A stretch of DNA of 63,207 bases, the filler included, from Octopus bimaculoides (Eukaryota): NCBI RefSeq assembly GCF_001194135.2. It is 5 parts of 4 records of this genome, joined end to end, with 100 filler letters (N's around TTAATTAATTAA, not from the genome) between each part and the next. Parts side by side here need not be neighbours in the genome. Positions count along the whole stretch, not along the records: positions 42,036 to 61,156 come from NC_068981.1; 4 more parts are not named here. One strand, written 5' to 3'. This document shows, piece after piece, positions 47,485 to 61,100 of the stretch. A program made the position numbers and the translations under genes. The notes under the pieces were generated by a model. It saw only the letters and a list, made by a program, of their open reading frames with translations. It was not told the DNA's origin and searched no databases. Position 1 is the stretch's first letter; every line of letters begins with the position of its first letter.

Positions 47485-49319
47485 GTAAGTTAATAAATAC
47501 ATACATCTGAACATCCTTTTTGAAAAAAATATCCAGCAATTTACATTTACTTTTTTAAGAATTTTTTAATAGTATATATAATGTAAATAGAATGTTGTGA
47601 CAAGCAGAGGAAAACCAGAAACATTGATGAGTGTGTAGGAAGATGTCAGAAGAGGCTATGGCCTTACATACTGTTATATAAGAAACTTTATTTTCAGTTC
47701 TATCTGACAATTCTTTGCAAGGCTGCCTGTCTGTTAAGATGTTGACAACTGTCACGTGGATGTAGAGATTTGTGAAGCACGTTTGTCACTTTTGCATGAG
47801 TGCTCTTACGTGCTGATATCTTTCGATTATTTTCGTGTAACTACTTATGATTTGTCAGTTTATTGGTTCAGTATCACATGAAAATATTTATACACATACA
47901 ACCACACAGCTACCAAAATACAGACACACGCACATATATGCATGCATAATTGCACACATATACAGATATGTTTGCACGTAGATACATATATATATGTACA
48001 TATGTATATATACATGAATGTGAGTGAGTATAATACTCGCCTACACACACATACTCACATACATTTCACACACACACATGCACGCACATTTCCACACACA
48101 CATATATATATATTTACAGTATATATGCATATATATATATATATATATATANNNNNNNNNNNNNNNNNNNNNNNNNNNNNNNNNNNNNNNNNNNNNNNNN
48201 NNNNNNNNNNNNNNNNNNNNNNNNNNNNNNNNNNNNNNNNNNNNNNNNNNNNNNNNNNNNNNNNNNNNNNNNNNNNNNNNNNNNNNNNNNNNNNNNNNNN
48301 NNNNNNNNNNNNNNNNNNNNNNNNNNNNNNNNNNNNNNNNNNNNNNNNNNNNNNNNNNNNNNNNNNNNNNNNNNNNNNNNNNNNNNNNNNNNNNNNNNNN
48401 NNNNNNNNNNNNNNNNNNNNNNNNNNNNNNNNNNNNNNNNNNNNNNNNNNNNNNNNNNNNNNNNNNNNNNNNNNNNNNNNNNNNNNNNNNNNNNNNNNNN
48501 NNNNNNNNNNNNNNNNNNNNNNNNNNNNNNNNNNNNNNNNNNNNNNNNNNNNNNNNNNNNNNNNNNNNNNNNNNNNNNNNNNNNNNNNNNNNNNNNNNNN
48601 NNNNNNNNNNNNNNNNNNNNNNNNNNNNNNNNNNNNNNNNNNNNNNNNNNNNNNNNNNNNNNNNNNNNNNNNNNNNNNNNNNNNNNNNNNNNNNNNNNNN
48701 NNNNNNNNNNNNNNNNNNNNNNNNNNNNNNNNNNNNNNNNNNNNNNNNNNNNNNNNNNNNNNNNNNNNNNNNNNNNNNNNNNNNNNNNNNNNNNNNNNNN
48801 NNNNNNNNNNNNNNNNNNNNNNNNNNNNNNNNNNNNNNNNNNNNNNNNNNNNNNNNNNNNNNNNNNNNNNNNNNNNNNNNNNNNNNNNNGGACGCTAGAA
48901 AGAGAGATGGCTAGAGTGCCGAGTTCTTTTTTTAAGCGGCAGGCATCGGGGTGTTGCTGGTGGCGACAAAAAGGAAAGGAGAAAGAGAAAAGGGAAGTGG
49001 AGTGGAAGTAGAACAGAAGATAGGCTGAGGGAAGGCGATTTAAAGAGGAAGAGTCTCGGACAAATTATAATGATTCACAATCAAAGTGCAGAAATGGCGT
49101 ATTCCGTATGAGCAAGGTAATGTAATCCGATGGTAGAAAGAATTCCGTGAATTAGGTACTCCATAATCAGTCAGAAAGCCGGAGTCTGTGTGAGCGTGCG
49201 GTATATAGTAAATCCAGAAAAGAAGAACAAACACAAAAATACAACAACGCGATGATGTGGTACATGTAAAGTATTAGCAGACGCTCAGGGAAGGAAAGAA
49301 AGATGGTTTAACATTTCGA

Positions 49320-49353
<34 letters not shown>

Positions 49354-51171
49354 ATGTTTATGTGTGTCACTCTGTATATGTGTTTACATAAACATTTTCA
49401 TGAGTGTCTGGAATGGAAGACTTAAAAGAACACAGAAACGTTTAACGAATATTTATGAAACGTTTCGAGTTGGTATGTCAGTGCCGTTTCGAGATTAATT
49501 GGCTAAGGCAAAATTTTGACTTTTAAAGATTCAGCGACGTCTCGTTATTATAGCATCATTTGGACTAAAATCTGTTACAAGAACCAAACAATACGATAAT
49601 ATTATTGATGGTCATCTAATATGATAACGGCTTTAATCGATATCACTTATTGATTTAGCAATATCAAATGACTATGCTATATTTTCCTATTCCTTACCTT
49701 ATATCAATATTCATAGTAGCATCTTCATAATAAATTAATCTAGCCATCAACCATAAAAATATATGTGGAGAACATCAACTTATATGTGCATTTGCTTTAT
49801 TTTCAACTACTGAAAGAGAATATGATAAAGAAAATTAACGCAGAATACTTTAGGATAGATCAGCCTATTCGTCAAAATATTTATATTTTATCTTAGTTTA
49901 GATCTTTGTTCTGGTCAAATAAATCCCTGAATATATCTCAGATATTTTTAGTAAATTTCTCTCACTAAAGTAGCCACATTGTCTGGCTACTTTCTACTTA
50001 TGTCAGACAACGTGAAATTTGATGTAAATGTAATGAGTTCCATTTAATTTATAAGGCTTGAAATGTCATTACAAAGGAAGTAAAATCTGCCGTGTTGTAG
50101 ATTTTTTCAGGATAATATCAAAATAGCTTATCGAGTTCATTAAACACAAGTAAAGTAATACATTAATCATAGAATGATTTTCTGAAGGAATTCGTTAAAT
50201 ACCATTGGAAAAATTCAATGTTGTCTATTAATTCATCACTCACTTTGGTATATAACTGTGTTCTTGCTTTCTTGGCGCAGGAAGAGAATTAATATATACA
50301 TTATTTACATTCTGTCGTAAATGCCGCAGAGAATAGGGTGTGTACCGTTTGAGAATCAACACAGTGCAAAATTTTATTCTTCTCCACTTCTAGTAATGCT
50401 TATATGGTTTCTTTGGAAAGCTTATAATTTTGTTTCTCTTATTCGAAAACATGTTTTTTTTTCTTTCAAAATATAATCAATGGAAACTGATATATAAATA
50501 GGCCTAATCTTACTTATATTTTGTACACATAAACCACCACATATTCCTTCAGCTGTATTTCAATGCTAACCATCAAAGTGCATTCATTGCAATCATACTT
50601 AAACTAAACTCTATTATGAAATACATCCGTAAATTGTATCCGTCACTACAGTTATAAATAAGTAGTTGTTACATCTGTATTAGGCATTCAATATTAGTCA
50701 TGTTTAAACGGCTTCTCGTAGAGAGTTTACTGAAAGATAGTCTTGCACGTAATTTCAAGTGACATTACATTCACATCGGAATTTGCTTCCTATTATTAGC
50801 TACGGCTGTCAATTGCAATCGACGACAAGTTTGTATCAGCAAGTTACTAACTTCAATTAAATAGATTTAGGTGCCTATAGAGTCGGAAGTAAACACAAAA
50901 ACCGACTTCGCCAGCCAAAACTTGTCCAAGTATTACATCTAGGATCTGAGAACCACAGGGAATACGCTATATGAGCATTGAGAGATACTGCAAATAGTAA
51001 CAAGAAAAGACGTAAAAAGTGATTTGCATCTGGAGCTCAGGAGACCGACACAGATAATGCAATATATTTTCTCGTATACAAGATTACTTGTATATTATAT
51101 GTGTGAGCGTTCGTGTGCATATGTATGTATGTATGTATGCATGCATGTATGTATGTATGTATGTATGTATG

Positions 51172-51341
51172 TGTTATATCGCAATACCACGCAGTGGCTG
51201 TGTGAGCTACGAAATCCCCGTCGCCACTGTTATATCGGACGTTCAGATGACCTCTACTCAACTACCTCGACGTCTAGACTTTTTCCTCTGTTTCTACGTA
51301 TTGGGCTAGCCTACTTCATCGTCTGGGGCGTCGACACAACA
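51172..51341. mobile_element. Probable solo LTR (170 bp) inserted in a (TATG)n microsatellite
   Basis: Starts TGTT, ends AACA; GTATG on both sides; CpG-rich compared with flanks. Confidence 0.55.
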
Positions 51342-52247
51342 GTATGTATGTATGTATGTATGTATGTATGTATATATGTATGTGCCACAGTATTTCCCGA
51401 AACTACAAAACAATAATTATTAATGCCCCAAAAGTAACATCAATGTATGTAATCACCAAAAAATCTTGAACCAAAAGACCTGTTCAACCTTATGACAGTG
51501 GAGAACAGCTCAAAATAACGAGGCCCCATAACATAAGAGATTCACATTCTCATCCTCAGTTTCCTAACGGAAATCATTATGGTTTCAACATCTTGGCAAT
51601 ATCATTCAACCCGTGTCACCAGTATTAAAAACATAGAGAAAACATACATATACGGAGTTGTGAAAGCGAGAGCCATACACAGACAGAAACCACATCCCTA
51701 GGTTGCTACCTTATGAGCTAGCTAACGAGATAGCAAGGTCGGGAGGTAGGTAGGTAGGTAGGTAGGTAGGTAGGTAGGTAGGTANNNNNNNNNNNNNNNN
51801 NNNNNNNNNNNNNNNNNNNNNNNNNNNNNNNNNNNNNNNNNNNNNNNNNNNNNNNNNNNNNNNNNNNNNNNNNNNNNNNNNNNNNNNNNNNNNNNNNNNN
51901 NNNNNNNNNNNNNNNNNNNNNNNNNNNNNNNNNNNNNNNNNNNNNNNNNNNNNNNNNNNNAGATAGATAGATAGATAGATAGATAACAAAACGGTCAGAC
52001 TTTGTATCTGTTGTATGACTATTTACTTACCTCTAAATAATGCAGTGAATGTCTGTTATTTTCAATCATTAATTATTGGCTTTTTGTATTAGCACAAAAA
52101 CGAAAACTTGAACAAGATTAGAGAGTATACTAAATTATATCGAGCCGATTAGATTCAGGGTACTTATTTAGTCGACCTTATTTTCAATATATTTACAATG
52201 GTGTCGACTTTATATCTTATCTTTTTCCAATCGATAAAATGTGAACC

Positions 52248-52303
<56 letters not shown>
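52248..52303. repeat. (AAT)n microsatellite
   Basis: Direct. Confidence 0.95.
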
Positions 52304-52304
<1 letters not shown>

Positions 52305-52870
52305 TCGTCGTAATAATTTCAAGATATTGGCATTTGTCTTGTCAATAGAAATCAATAGTTTGTAGGTTATAATCCAACACCGACTTCTTGGCAGAATGAT
52401 GCTGCGAGTTAAACTTGTATAATTTTTATTTGCTGCTTTTTTTTTATATTTTACTTGTTCTGTCAGATTATATTTTCCAGATGTTGTGCAGATAATTTAG
52501 TTCAATATGTTGACTAAACAAAAGATTGAGAAATGTGGGAAATGAGAATGCGGAGTGTAAAACACCTTGCATTCACGTACTTCTTATTGCTTTTCGTAAC
52601 TTCTAATACTCTGTCATCCATTTAGTGTGGGCAAGGTAACTTCAGCACTAGTGCCCATGTCTTTACTTAGTTAATTGTATCTCCTTTCCTGCAAAATTTA
52701 CAATTTTGCATATATAAGAAACAGAGATACGTTCATTAAATGTAAATTGAACTACATTATAACTATTATCTCGTAGTTATTAATAAACCTTAGAACTGTA
52801 TTCAGTTTATCCAGGAGAGGCACTACAGGTAGTTACAATACGCTGACTAATCAAAACGTTCCATAGATAA

Positions 52871-53995
52871 CACTGGTCAACACGATTTTTGGTGCCAAGA
52901 TACAATACACGTTTTTCAGCTAAATTGATGGTACTGATTCCGAAAATGACCTTAGTTTTTCATGGTTAGCTACCGTTTTTGCTGTACTGAAATTGCTCAT
53001 TTTTGGAAAAAAAATATCAATTTACTATCTTGGCTGATCGCAAAATTTAATCAAAAAAGGGTAGTAGAAACCCGTGAATTTCCAGGTAGGCCGAGCAATT
53101 TATGTCAGCCACCTGAAATAAACTATTTTTATAAGAAAAAAAGTGTTTTGAGTCAAAACTTTTAAAATAGAAGTACCGATTGTTTCCAATTTATTGCCAA
53201 AATTCAAATTGTCTGATAAACTTTATCGGTAATACACTTTAGTAAACCTTAATAATTAAGATTACATCAACAAAAGAAAACCCTAACATCTGTTTGATAT
53301 TCATAAATTTATCCCATCAGTTTTATCCCTTCAATACGGAAGGAAACCAAGCACATTAAGATCTTTTGTTTTCACAGTTGGAAAAAAACTCAAACTAAAG
53401 ACATCCCAATTGAATGCACCTATTCCATTGTACATGATGGTTTCACGATAACATTTACCCTCTACGCGGGATTACGAAGGTACGAAGTAGAATCAGCGTA
53501 ACAACACTTTCCGTCTTTTATTATTGACAGTTTTACGAGTTTTTCTGTAGGACATTAGGAAAGATCAAATTACCTAAATGTGAACACGCAAAGTTCAATG
53601 TAAATGCTCAACCAACTGATGTTCTTTTTTAATCATAGAGAAAGATATCAAATGACATGGCTTCAACGAGAGGATGCAAAAGTGATCTCAACTTATTTTG
53701 CTATAAATGCAGCGAGTTCACGCCGAAAGTCAACAGGAAACCGATATCTGACTTTTACAAGAAAGCCTATCGTGTTTACCTTCACGTTGAGCTTGGTGAT
53801 CAGGACAAATGATGGGCCCCTCACATTGTTTGCAAGACATGTTTGGAACACATGAGACAGTGGAGTTCGGGTACCCGAAAATCGCTGAAATTCGCAATTC
53901 CTATGATCTGACGTGAGCCAAAGAACCACTGTGATGAATATTATATCTGCTAAGTCAGTGTTGCGGGACTGAACCAAAAGAAACGCCGACTATCC
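52871..53995 (+). mobile_element. Chapaev3-like (CMC superfamily) DNA transposon, 5' end with transposase N-terminus pseudogene
   Basis: Terminus CACTGGTCAACA...CTGATTCCGAAAATGAC at 52871; ATG at 53657 gives MASTRGCKSDLNLFCYKCSEFT...KAYRVYLHVELGDQDK*WAPHIVCKTCLEHMRQW...IPMI*REPKNHCDEYYIC*, three in-frame stops, no frameshift. Confidence 0.8.
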
Positions 53996-54659
53996 CAGTC
54001 TATTTTAGAAGGTATGTAAGAAAATTATTAGAATTTAGATACCTGTATTGGAATATTGCACTTTCTATTGACTGATTTGCTATTCATCAACCACACCCAT
54101 AAGAAATTTGAGAAAGAATATTCAATTTTCTCTAGCTGGACATACTTCTATTGTGTAAGATAGTATAACAGATGGAAGACAATAGTAGTCTACTTGTACT
54201 TATATTTTCAGCCAAGTATCAGTCAAATTCGACAAGAACAAGAAGCGAATTTTCAGACACAAACATAAGAGCTACATGATTTCTTTTGGACAACTCACTT
54301 CTCTAAATTGAGATGGCAGTAATTTCAATTTATGTATAAGCCTATGTATTTGTTGCAAGAAAAGTGGGATTGTGGAATGGATATGTGTTTCTCAATGGGA
54401 TTAGCTACGTACTTGAATCGGATTACTAGCATATTTGAATCGGATTAGCTTTAAACAGAAATCAAAACTGCGTTTGGGATTCAATGTATGACCATTATCC
54501 TCTGTCTGTATGTTACTATCCAGAAAGGTCAAAAACAACATTTAGAAGAAAGATTGAGATTATGTGGAGTTCTCATTGTTTCTATAAGCACCTTTGGCAT
54601 AATAACTAGGCAATAGAAGAGCGAAAATCTTCAGCAATTCCCGATATACATATATGTAT

Positions 54660-55032
54660 ATAGGCGCAGGAGTGGCTGTGTGGTAAGTAGCTTGCTTACC
54701 AGCCACATGGTTCCGGGTTCAGTCCCACTGCGTGGCATCTTGGCCAAATGTCTTCTACTATAGTNNNNNNNNNNNNNNNNNNNNNNNNNNNNNNNNNNNN
54801 NNNNNNNNNNNNNNNNNNNNNNNNNNNNNNNNNNNNNNNNNNNNNNNNNNNNNNNNNNNNNNNNNNNNNNNNNNNNNNNNNNNNNNNNNNNNNNNNNNNN
54901 NNNNNNNNNNNNNNNNNNNNNNNNNNNNNNNNNNNNNNNNNNNNNNNNNNNNNNNNNNNNNNNNNNNNNNNNNNNNNNNNNNNNNNNNNNNNNNNNNNNN
55001 NNNNNNNNNNNNNNNNNNNNNNNNNNNNNNNN

Positions 55033-55072
<40 letters not shown>

Positions 55073-55173
55073 GGCGCAGGAGTGGCTGTGTGGTAAGTAG
55101 CTTGCTTACCAGCCACATGGTTCCGGGTTCAGTCCCACTGCGTGGCATCTTGGCCAAATGTCTTCTACTATAG
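54660..55173 (+). mobile_element. SINE family A 5' fragment present twice, on each side of an N gap
   Basis: 54660-54763 and 55070-55173 are identical; likely one locus duplicated by the assembly. Confidence 0.85.
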
Positions 55174-58100
55174 TATGTGTGTGTATATGTATGTATGTTT
55201 TTATGTATTTATTTATGTATGTATGAATGTCATTTATCATTTCAGCAATGGAATTTTGATACCCATTTGAGCTGATCCATTTGTTACATCCCTTGCTTTT
55301 TTTCCTGTTGAATCAACGACACGCTACCTACTCGCAATATATATTTCAAGTTAAGCACTATGTGGTACTGATTAAGAGGAGACAGTATTTTTAATGTCGA
55401 TGGTGAAGATGAATATTCTTGCCGACACCACGAGCGAATTCTGCCACAGTCGTGTGGTCCTCCTGTCGAACTATACGCATGTTAAGAAAACGTTCTGAGT
55501 CATTTTTTCTCTTATTTTTTCCTGTGACTTTTTTCTTGTGTGTTTTCTTCTGAATTCATTTTCCCATGATATAAAATGAAATTAGATTATTTCTCTTTCA
55601 TTCTTTATTCTTAAATCATTCTAACGTATTTTTAAATCGCTGCTTATTTTAAATGTTGTCGTTTTGATTTATCCTTTGAGTTATTTAGGCTGTTCATTTA
55701 TGAGTAGTAAAGAATAACAACTTTCTCAAAATAGTAGAATGCATTTAGCTTTCAATTAGCGATTTGGGATGATTTATTGGATCGGTACTTATGTGGATTT
55801 CCCAAATGGATAGCATTCTCATCACCATTACCACTTAAATCTTTAAACGTACAATACATGACAAGAACAAGTTTTTATGACAATAATTTACTGCTACAGT
55901 TACTATATATATAATCTACTTCAACAAATGGATTTCAAGATCTCTTTCTATGGACGTATTAAAATATTTTGCTGTATTGTTGTCGTTGTACCTTTCAACA
56001 GATCTGAACATTTTGCGTGACCGAACAATCTTCATCAGAGGATTTGAAGAAGTAATTGAAATACTACGAAACATTAATCTACTATGTAGCTCTACTAATA
56101 AAATTGATATCACATGTACATATCTTTTAGTACATTCATTACTTAATCGAAAGTTGAATGCCTAGGCCATAAATTTACACCGAATTTTTGTTGAAAAATC
56201 TCAAACCATCAAACTCATGAGTTTACAGATTGGACTTGCTTTCTATTTTTTTTGTGTCTCTCTATAATTATTTCTTATATTTTTTATATATATTTTTTTT
56301 AATATTTGTACTGATAGGACCTGCTGATGGGCTGCAATGATAGGCTCCCATATTGTGTCTATGCATAAGTTTTTCACTTTTTTACCTGGATTTTATATTT
56401 TTATATTTTTATATTATTATATTTTTTAATTATCTTTATGTTTTTTACATAGTTATGGGATTAATGTGCTTTTTGTATTTTTCCAACATATAGTTTTCTG
56501 TTTCCTCCCCTCCAAACTTTTTTCCGTACGCTTATAGACACGTACAAGGAACTTTATATGTGCGCGCTTGTGAGTGTGCGCGTGGATGCGTGCGTATGTA
56601 GATATATGCGTGCGTATATTGAGATATGTGCATGCGTGTATGGATATATGCGTGCATGCGATAATATACGCAGGCTTAGACGCGTTTTGTCACTACACAG
56701 TAATTTCCCTTTGTTTATTTCCCTTTGTTTTTAACGGTCATTTTTCACAGGAATTTTCAATGGCCGGATAACTGAAGAGATGTTGGCGTGGACCCCCCAC
56801 CCTGGCATCCGAAACTTGGAGTTTCATCATGGCTACTGAATAAGTGTCACATGATTTTACACACACNNNNNNNNNNNNNNNNNNNNNNNNNNNNNNNNNN
56901 NNNNNNNNNNNNNNNNNNNNNNNNNNNNNNNNNNNNNNNNNNNNNNNNNNNNNNNNNNNNNNNNNNNNNNNNNNNNNNNNNNNNNNNNNNNNNNNNNNNN
57001 NNNNNNNNNNNNNNNNNNNNNNNNNNNNNNNNNNNNNNNNNNNNTATATATATATATATATGTACGCGCACACATACATAGTTACATGCACACACAAACA
57101 TACATATACACACATATGCGCATATAAGGCGTAAAGAGAGGAGGGGAGAGAGACAGCAAGAGAAAGAAATGGGAATCACGATAGTTATGGCATATTCGTC
57201 CATAATGAATAGCGTATAGAGAAAACTACACTCACCGAGGCTTAGGCTAGATCTTTCTTTTTATTTAACATTGGGAGAGGATGTCAAAGATATAAAGTTT
57301 CCTAGTACGATATTAGTAAACGCAATTTCACATCATGCCTTACCTAATGCCTCCCTTGAGATTTTAGTTGTCTCTCCGTTGTCACTTAAATTTCAAATAT
57401 GCTTTGACAGTGCTGTATTATGTTTGAAATGGCAACGACAGAATGCACTGTTGAGCCGGTGCAGCCTACTTTGAAGAAGTGAAAGACCTGTATAAATGCT
57501 GATGGGTAACCCGTGATAATGATACAGATATCAGCAGAACATAAAGTTTTCTTAAGTCATTACTACTTTAGGTCTAAAACCGTTAATTTTGGTAAATGCA
57601 TATCAGTTCCATTCGTTCGAATATTGTTGCCAAATTGCTCTATGTCTTAACGCTAGCAGACACGTGTATCATATGTTCATACGTTTATTTTCATGATAAT
57701 ATTAATTTTATCGGAAAAATTCTTTAAGTTTCTGCCCATTCACGAAATTATGTTTTATTAGCACAAGGAAATATGTTGTACTGCTCCTGTTTACACAAAA
57801 CAAAGGATTAAATGCATTCAAAAACAACATCCGGAAAATAACCCCCTTATATGTATCAATATTTTCGAATTTAAATATAGAAACAAAGTTTTCATCACAA
57901 GCAAAACGAATTTTAAAATGAAAAGCAGCAAAATTCTTCACAATTGCTGTTCAACAATGTATTCATACAAGATATAGAAAGCACTTGCAGCCATTAACAA
58001 TAGCATCATCAGCTACAAGACAATCAATCGTAACTCAATCAATGACATCAGCACAAAGAGCACATCATATAGATTATAACATTATTTCCATGACAAAATT

Positions 58101-61100
58101 AAATGCCCCACAAACAAATCAGAATTCATCTCAGAGAAAGATCTCAACAAAAACTATAATCACACACAAATTCAGACTCAGATGTACTCCCAAATATAAT
58201 TTTTTTTTTTTTTTTTTTTTTTTTTTTGTATAGTTGATAAAATGCCATGTGAAAAGAGGTCTCATAATTTCATTCTGGGATGTGGGGGTGGAATCCCGTA
58301 ATTTACAATGAGATACAACTGCGTGTAACATAAAAATCATATTCATTTATATATGAATTCGATTATTATCCCTGGAAAAGTCACGATCTTTTATAAGTCA
58401 TTAATTTTACTTGGAGACATATTAATATCATACTAAATGATCTTCAGATCCCTATGTAGACATATTTAAGCAATGATGCTTGCCTATAGTTAGCATGAAG
58501 ACATTTATGGGGTTGAATTATACAAAATTCAAGTTTCATCACGCTCAGTATAATGGGTACCATTGATATTATCATTATATTAGATCAGTGCATGGATAAC
58601 TATAATAATTCCGAACAGCTGATGTGGGTGTGGAGCTGCCACCCCTACAAAATGAGTAATTACATTATTCAGAAAATTAGGCTTGAAAATGTTAGCGGAA
58701 GAGAAAATGCAACAGTAAAATTCTTAGTTATCGGTTTACACTGAACTCGAAATCCTTGAAGAAGATCTTTAATAACAGTTCTATATCGATAATCTCTCCT
58801 ATGACAAACTGAATACCATTCAATCCTAGCGTGAATATCTCCCTGAGAGCACAACTTTCGAAAGTGATGAGAGGTTAAATATAGAAAAAAAAAATTTTCG
58901 ATCTCAGATTAGGTGAATCTGCAGGTGGCTCACATCCTAATACCACGGAACCATATAACAACAGTAGAGTGGTATTTCAGTTACATTAATCCAGTGTTGC
59001 TTTCGTTTTAAAATTGATGGCGCCAAGGATGTATTGAATTACTATGACAATCTCACTTTCAAAAAGATTAATCAACTTGTATTTAGAATTAGAAAAGACT
59101 ATAATATATGAAAGGGAAACGAAATATAAGTGATCCGCAACATTTAAAAAGTCTTTCATAACAAAATGAGTAGAGTCACATAAATCCAATGCCGAACCCC
59201 AACATTAATCCTTAATTTCTCTATTTACTCATCATATTTTGTAACAGGTACATTCACGCAATCTAGTCTTAGGATTCTCATTGATCTTTCGATAAGTCTT
59301 CGTTATACAGGCTGTACTTTACTCCCTACGCTCACTCTTCACTTAAAGTGATATTTGTAGAAAATGAGAGATTGACTGAAGAGGTATATTCATTTCCTCA
59401 GTCACCTCAACCTTGTCCTCAACACTAATTCCTTCACCAAAATCATCAGAAGAGTGAACTCTGCCGGCTTTAAGGAGCAATACACTCAACACTAGGCAAC
59501 AACCGTTTGATGTAAATCCACAATTTAGTAGGAAAATTATTTCTTGTGTCTGTAAAAGCGATCTCAAATCTGCAATATTTACAGCAACATTACCAGAATT
59601 CGTATTTTAGATGCTGTCAATAGCCAACATCGAGCCAATACTTCATAGAAATAGAATGTAAAATTGTTTCTCATCGATGTCCAGAGCACCACTCAGAAAA
59701 TGAATACCCTTGCCCACTACCAATCCTTTATACGAGAAAATACTGGACTTCCAAATATCTGCATTTATCAGCTGGTATAGAAATGCGATCGTACGAAGTA
59801 GTTCCATATAATAAATACTTTTTAGTTTATGCCTGATCCAAGAAAATAACTCCGTCAAAGGGAGGAGTTATGAAAATATAAGCAATCGTATGTAGCGTTT
59901 AAGAACTGGTTTTGCAGTTTTGGCTATTCTCTTACATAATCGTGTACATTTTCCCAAACTCTAGGCACAAACGGAGTGGGAAACAAAGACTTTCTGCACA
60001 GCGGATATCAACACTGAAGAAGCCAAAGAAAAGTCACCCCACTCTAATCAGATGCAACCTTGGGTAAAGTATAGATTAATCAAGCATTGATCACACAATA
60101 AATCACACAACGAATTCTTTTTATCCATTTAAATGTCTGGATCAGAGCACCTTAACTGGAAAATCGGTTCAACAATTGACACAGGATGACGTGGATTTTC
60201 CCTCCAAATGCTGTGTAACATTTACTAATTCGTGCCTGCTGTACCACCCGTATTTCTTTATTATAATGCTGACTTTGTCGATCTTCAATATGGTTAATCA
60301 CATGATCGTTGCGTTGTTTGTATAACCGGACACATTGCACCTGCGTTCTAGTTCATTCGATTTCTATCTATTGGGCAGAATAATGTATAATTGTTGTGGT
60401 GTTCATATCGTTGGCATTAAGTATATATCAAGGAATTTCGTTTAGAGTGAGGGATTTGAAGCCTATAAGGTCTAGTTGGTGTATACATTTCGCAAAATAA
60501 TTTATTAATGTTATGAAGAGGTTCATGTCATTTAGAAAAATATTACTATAAATAAAATATTCGTCAGTTTCTTTCAGACATCTTGAAATTCTATCATGAC
60601 TAACTGAGGTTACGCAACAACAACATCTCAGTTCCGACATTTATAGCCCTCAGAAAAATATGACTGTTTCACTATTGAATTCTCTCTTGTTTGTAAATCT
60701 AGAAACGAGCTGGTATTCAAAAGAAATGAATATTGATGAACAGTAGTGTTGTGATTGATATAAACAAATTGTATGCTACTTAGGAGTACCAATGCAAAAT
60801 GGTTTTCTTTTCTGATTACTGTACAGATTTATCTTCATTTTTTTATACTAACATATTTGTTAAAGAACTGAAGAATACATAATCATACTTCTAACTATTT
60901 TCTTCAAATTCGTAGTCTTGTGTTATCATTTCTTCTCTTTCTATTTTTCTCTATTAACTCTACAAGTAATTTAGTCCGTCATAGAATACAACTGAAAATG
61001 TCTTGCTTCCATTAGGCATTTTGTAAATTTCATTCCCAAAATAAATGAATGTTGAAAAAATATTTGCAAAATAAGATTGACAAAGCTTAGATAAAGGTGT

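Noticed and set aside
49967-49993. 10-bp hairpin AAAGTAGCCA-CATTGTC-TGGCTACTTT followed by T-rich bases
   Set aside because: Looks like a bacterial terminator but the context is eukaryotic; one such hairpin in 63 kb is unremarkable.
56020-56040. Minus-strand CTGATGAA followed by a weak stem
   Set aside because: No GAAA box after the stem; not a hammerhead.
58669-59858. Several 60-75-aa minus-strand ORFs with acceptor-like sites
   Set aside because: No recognisable domain and no consistent exon chain could be built.
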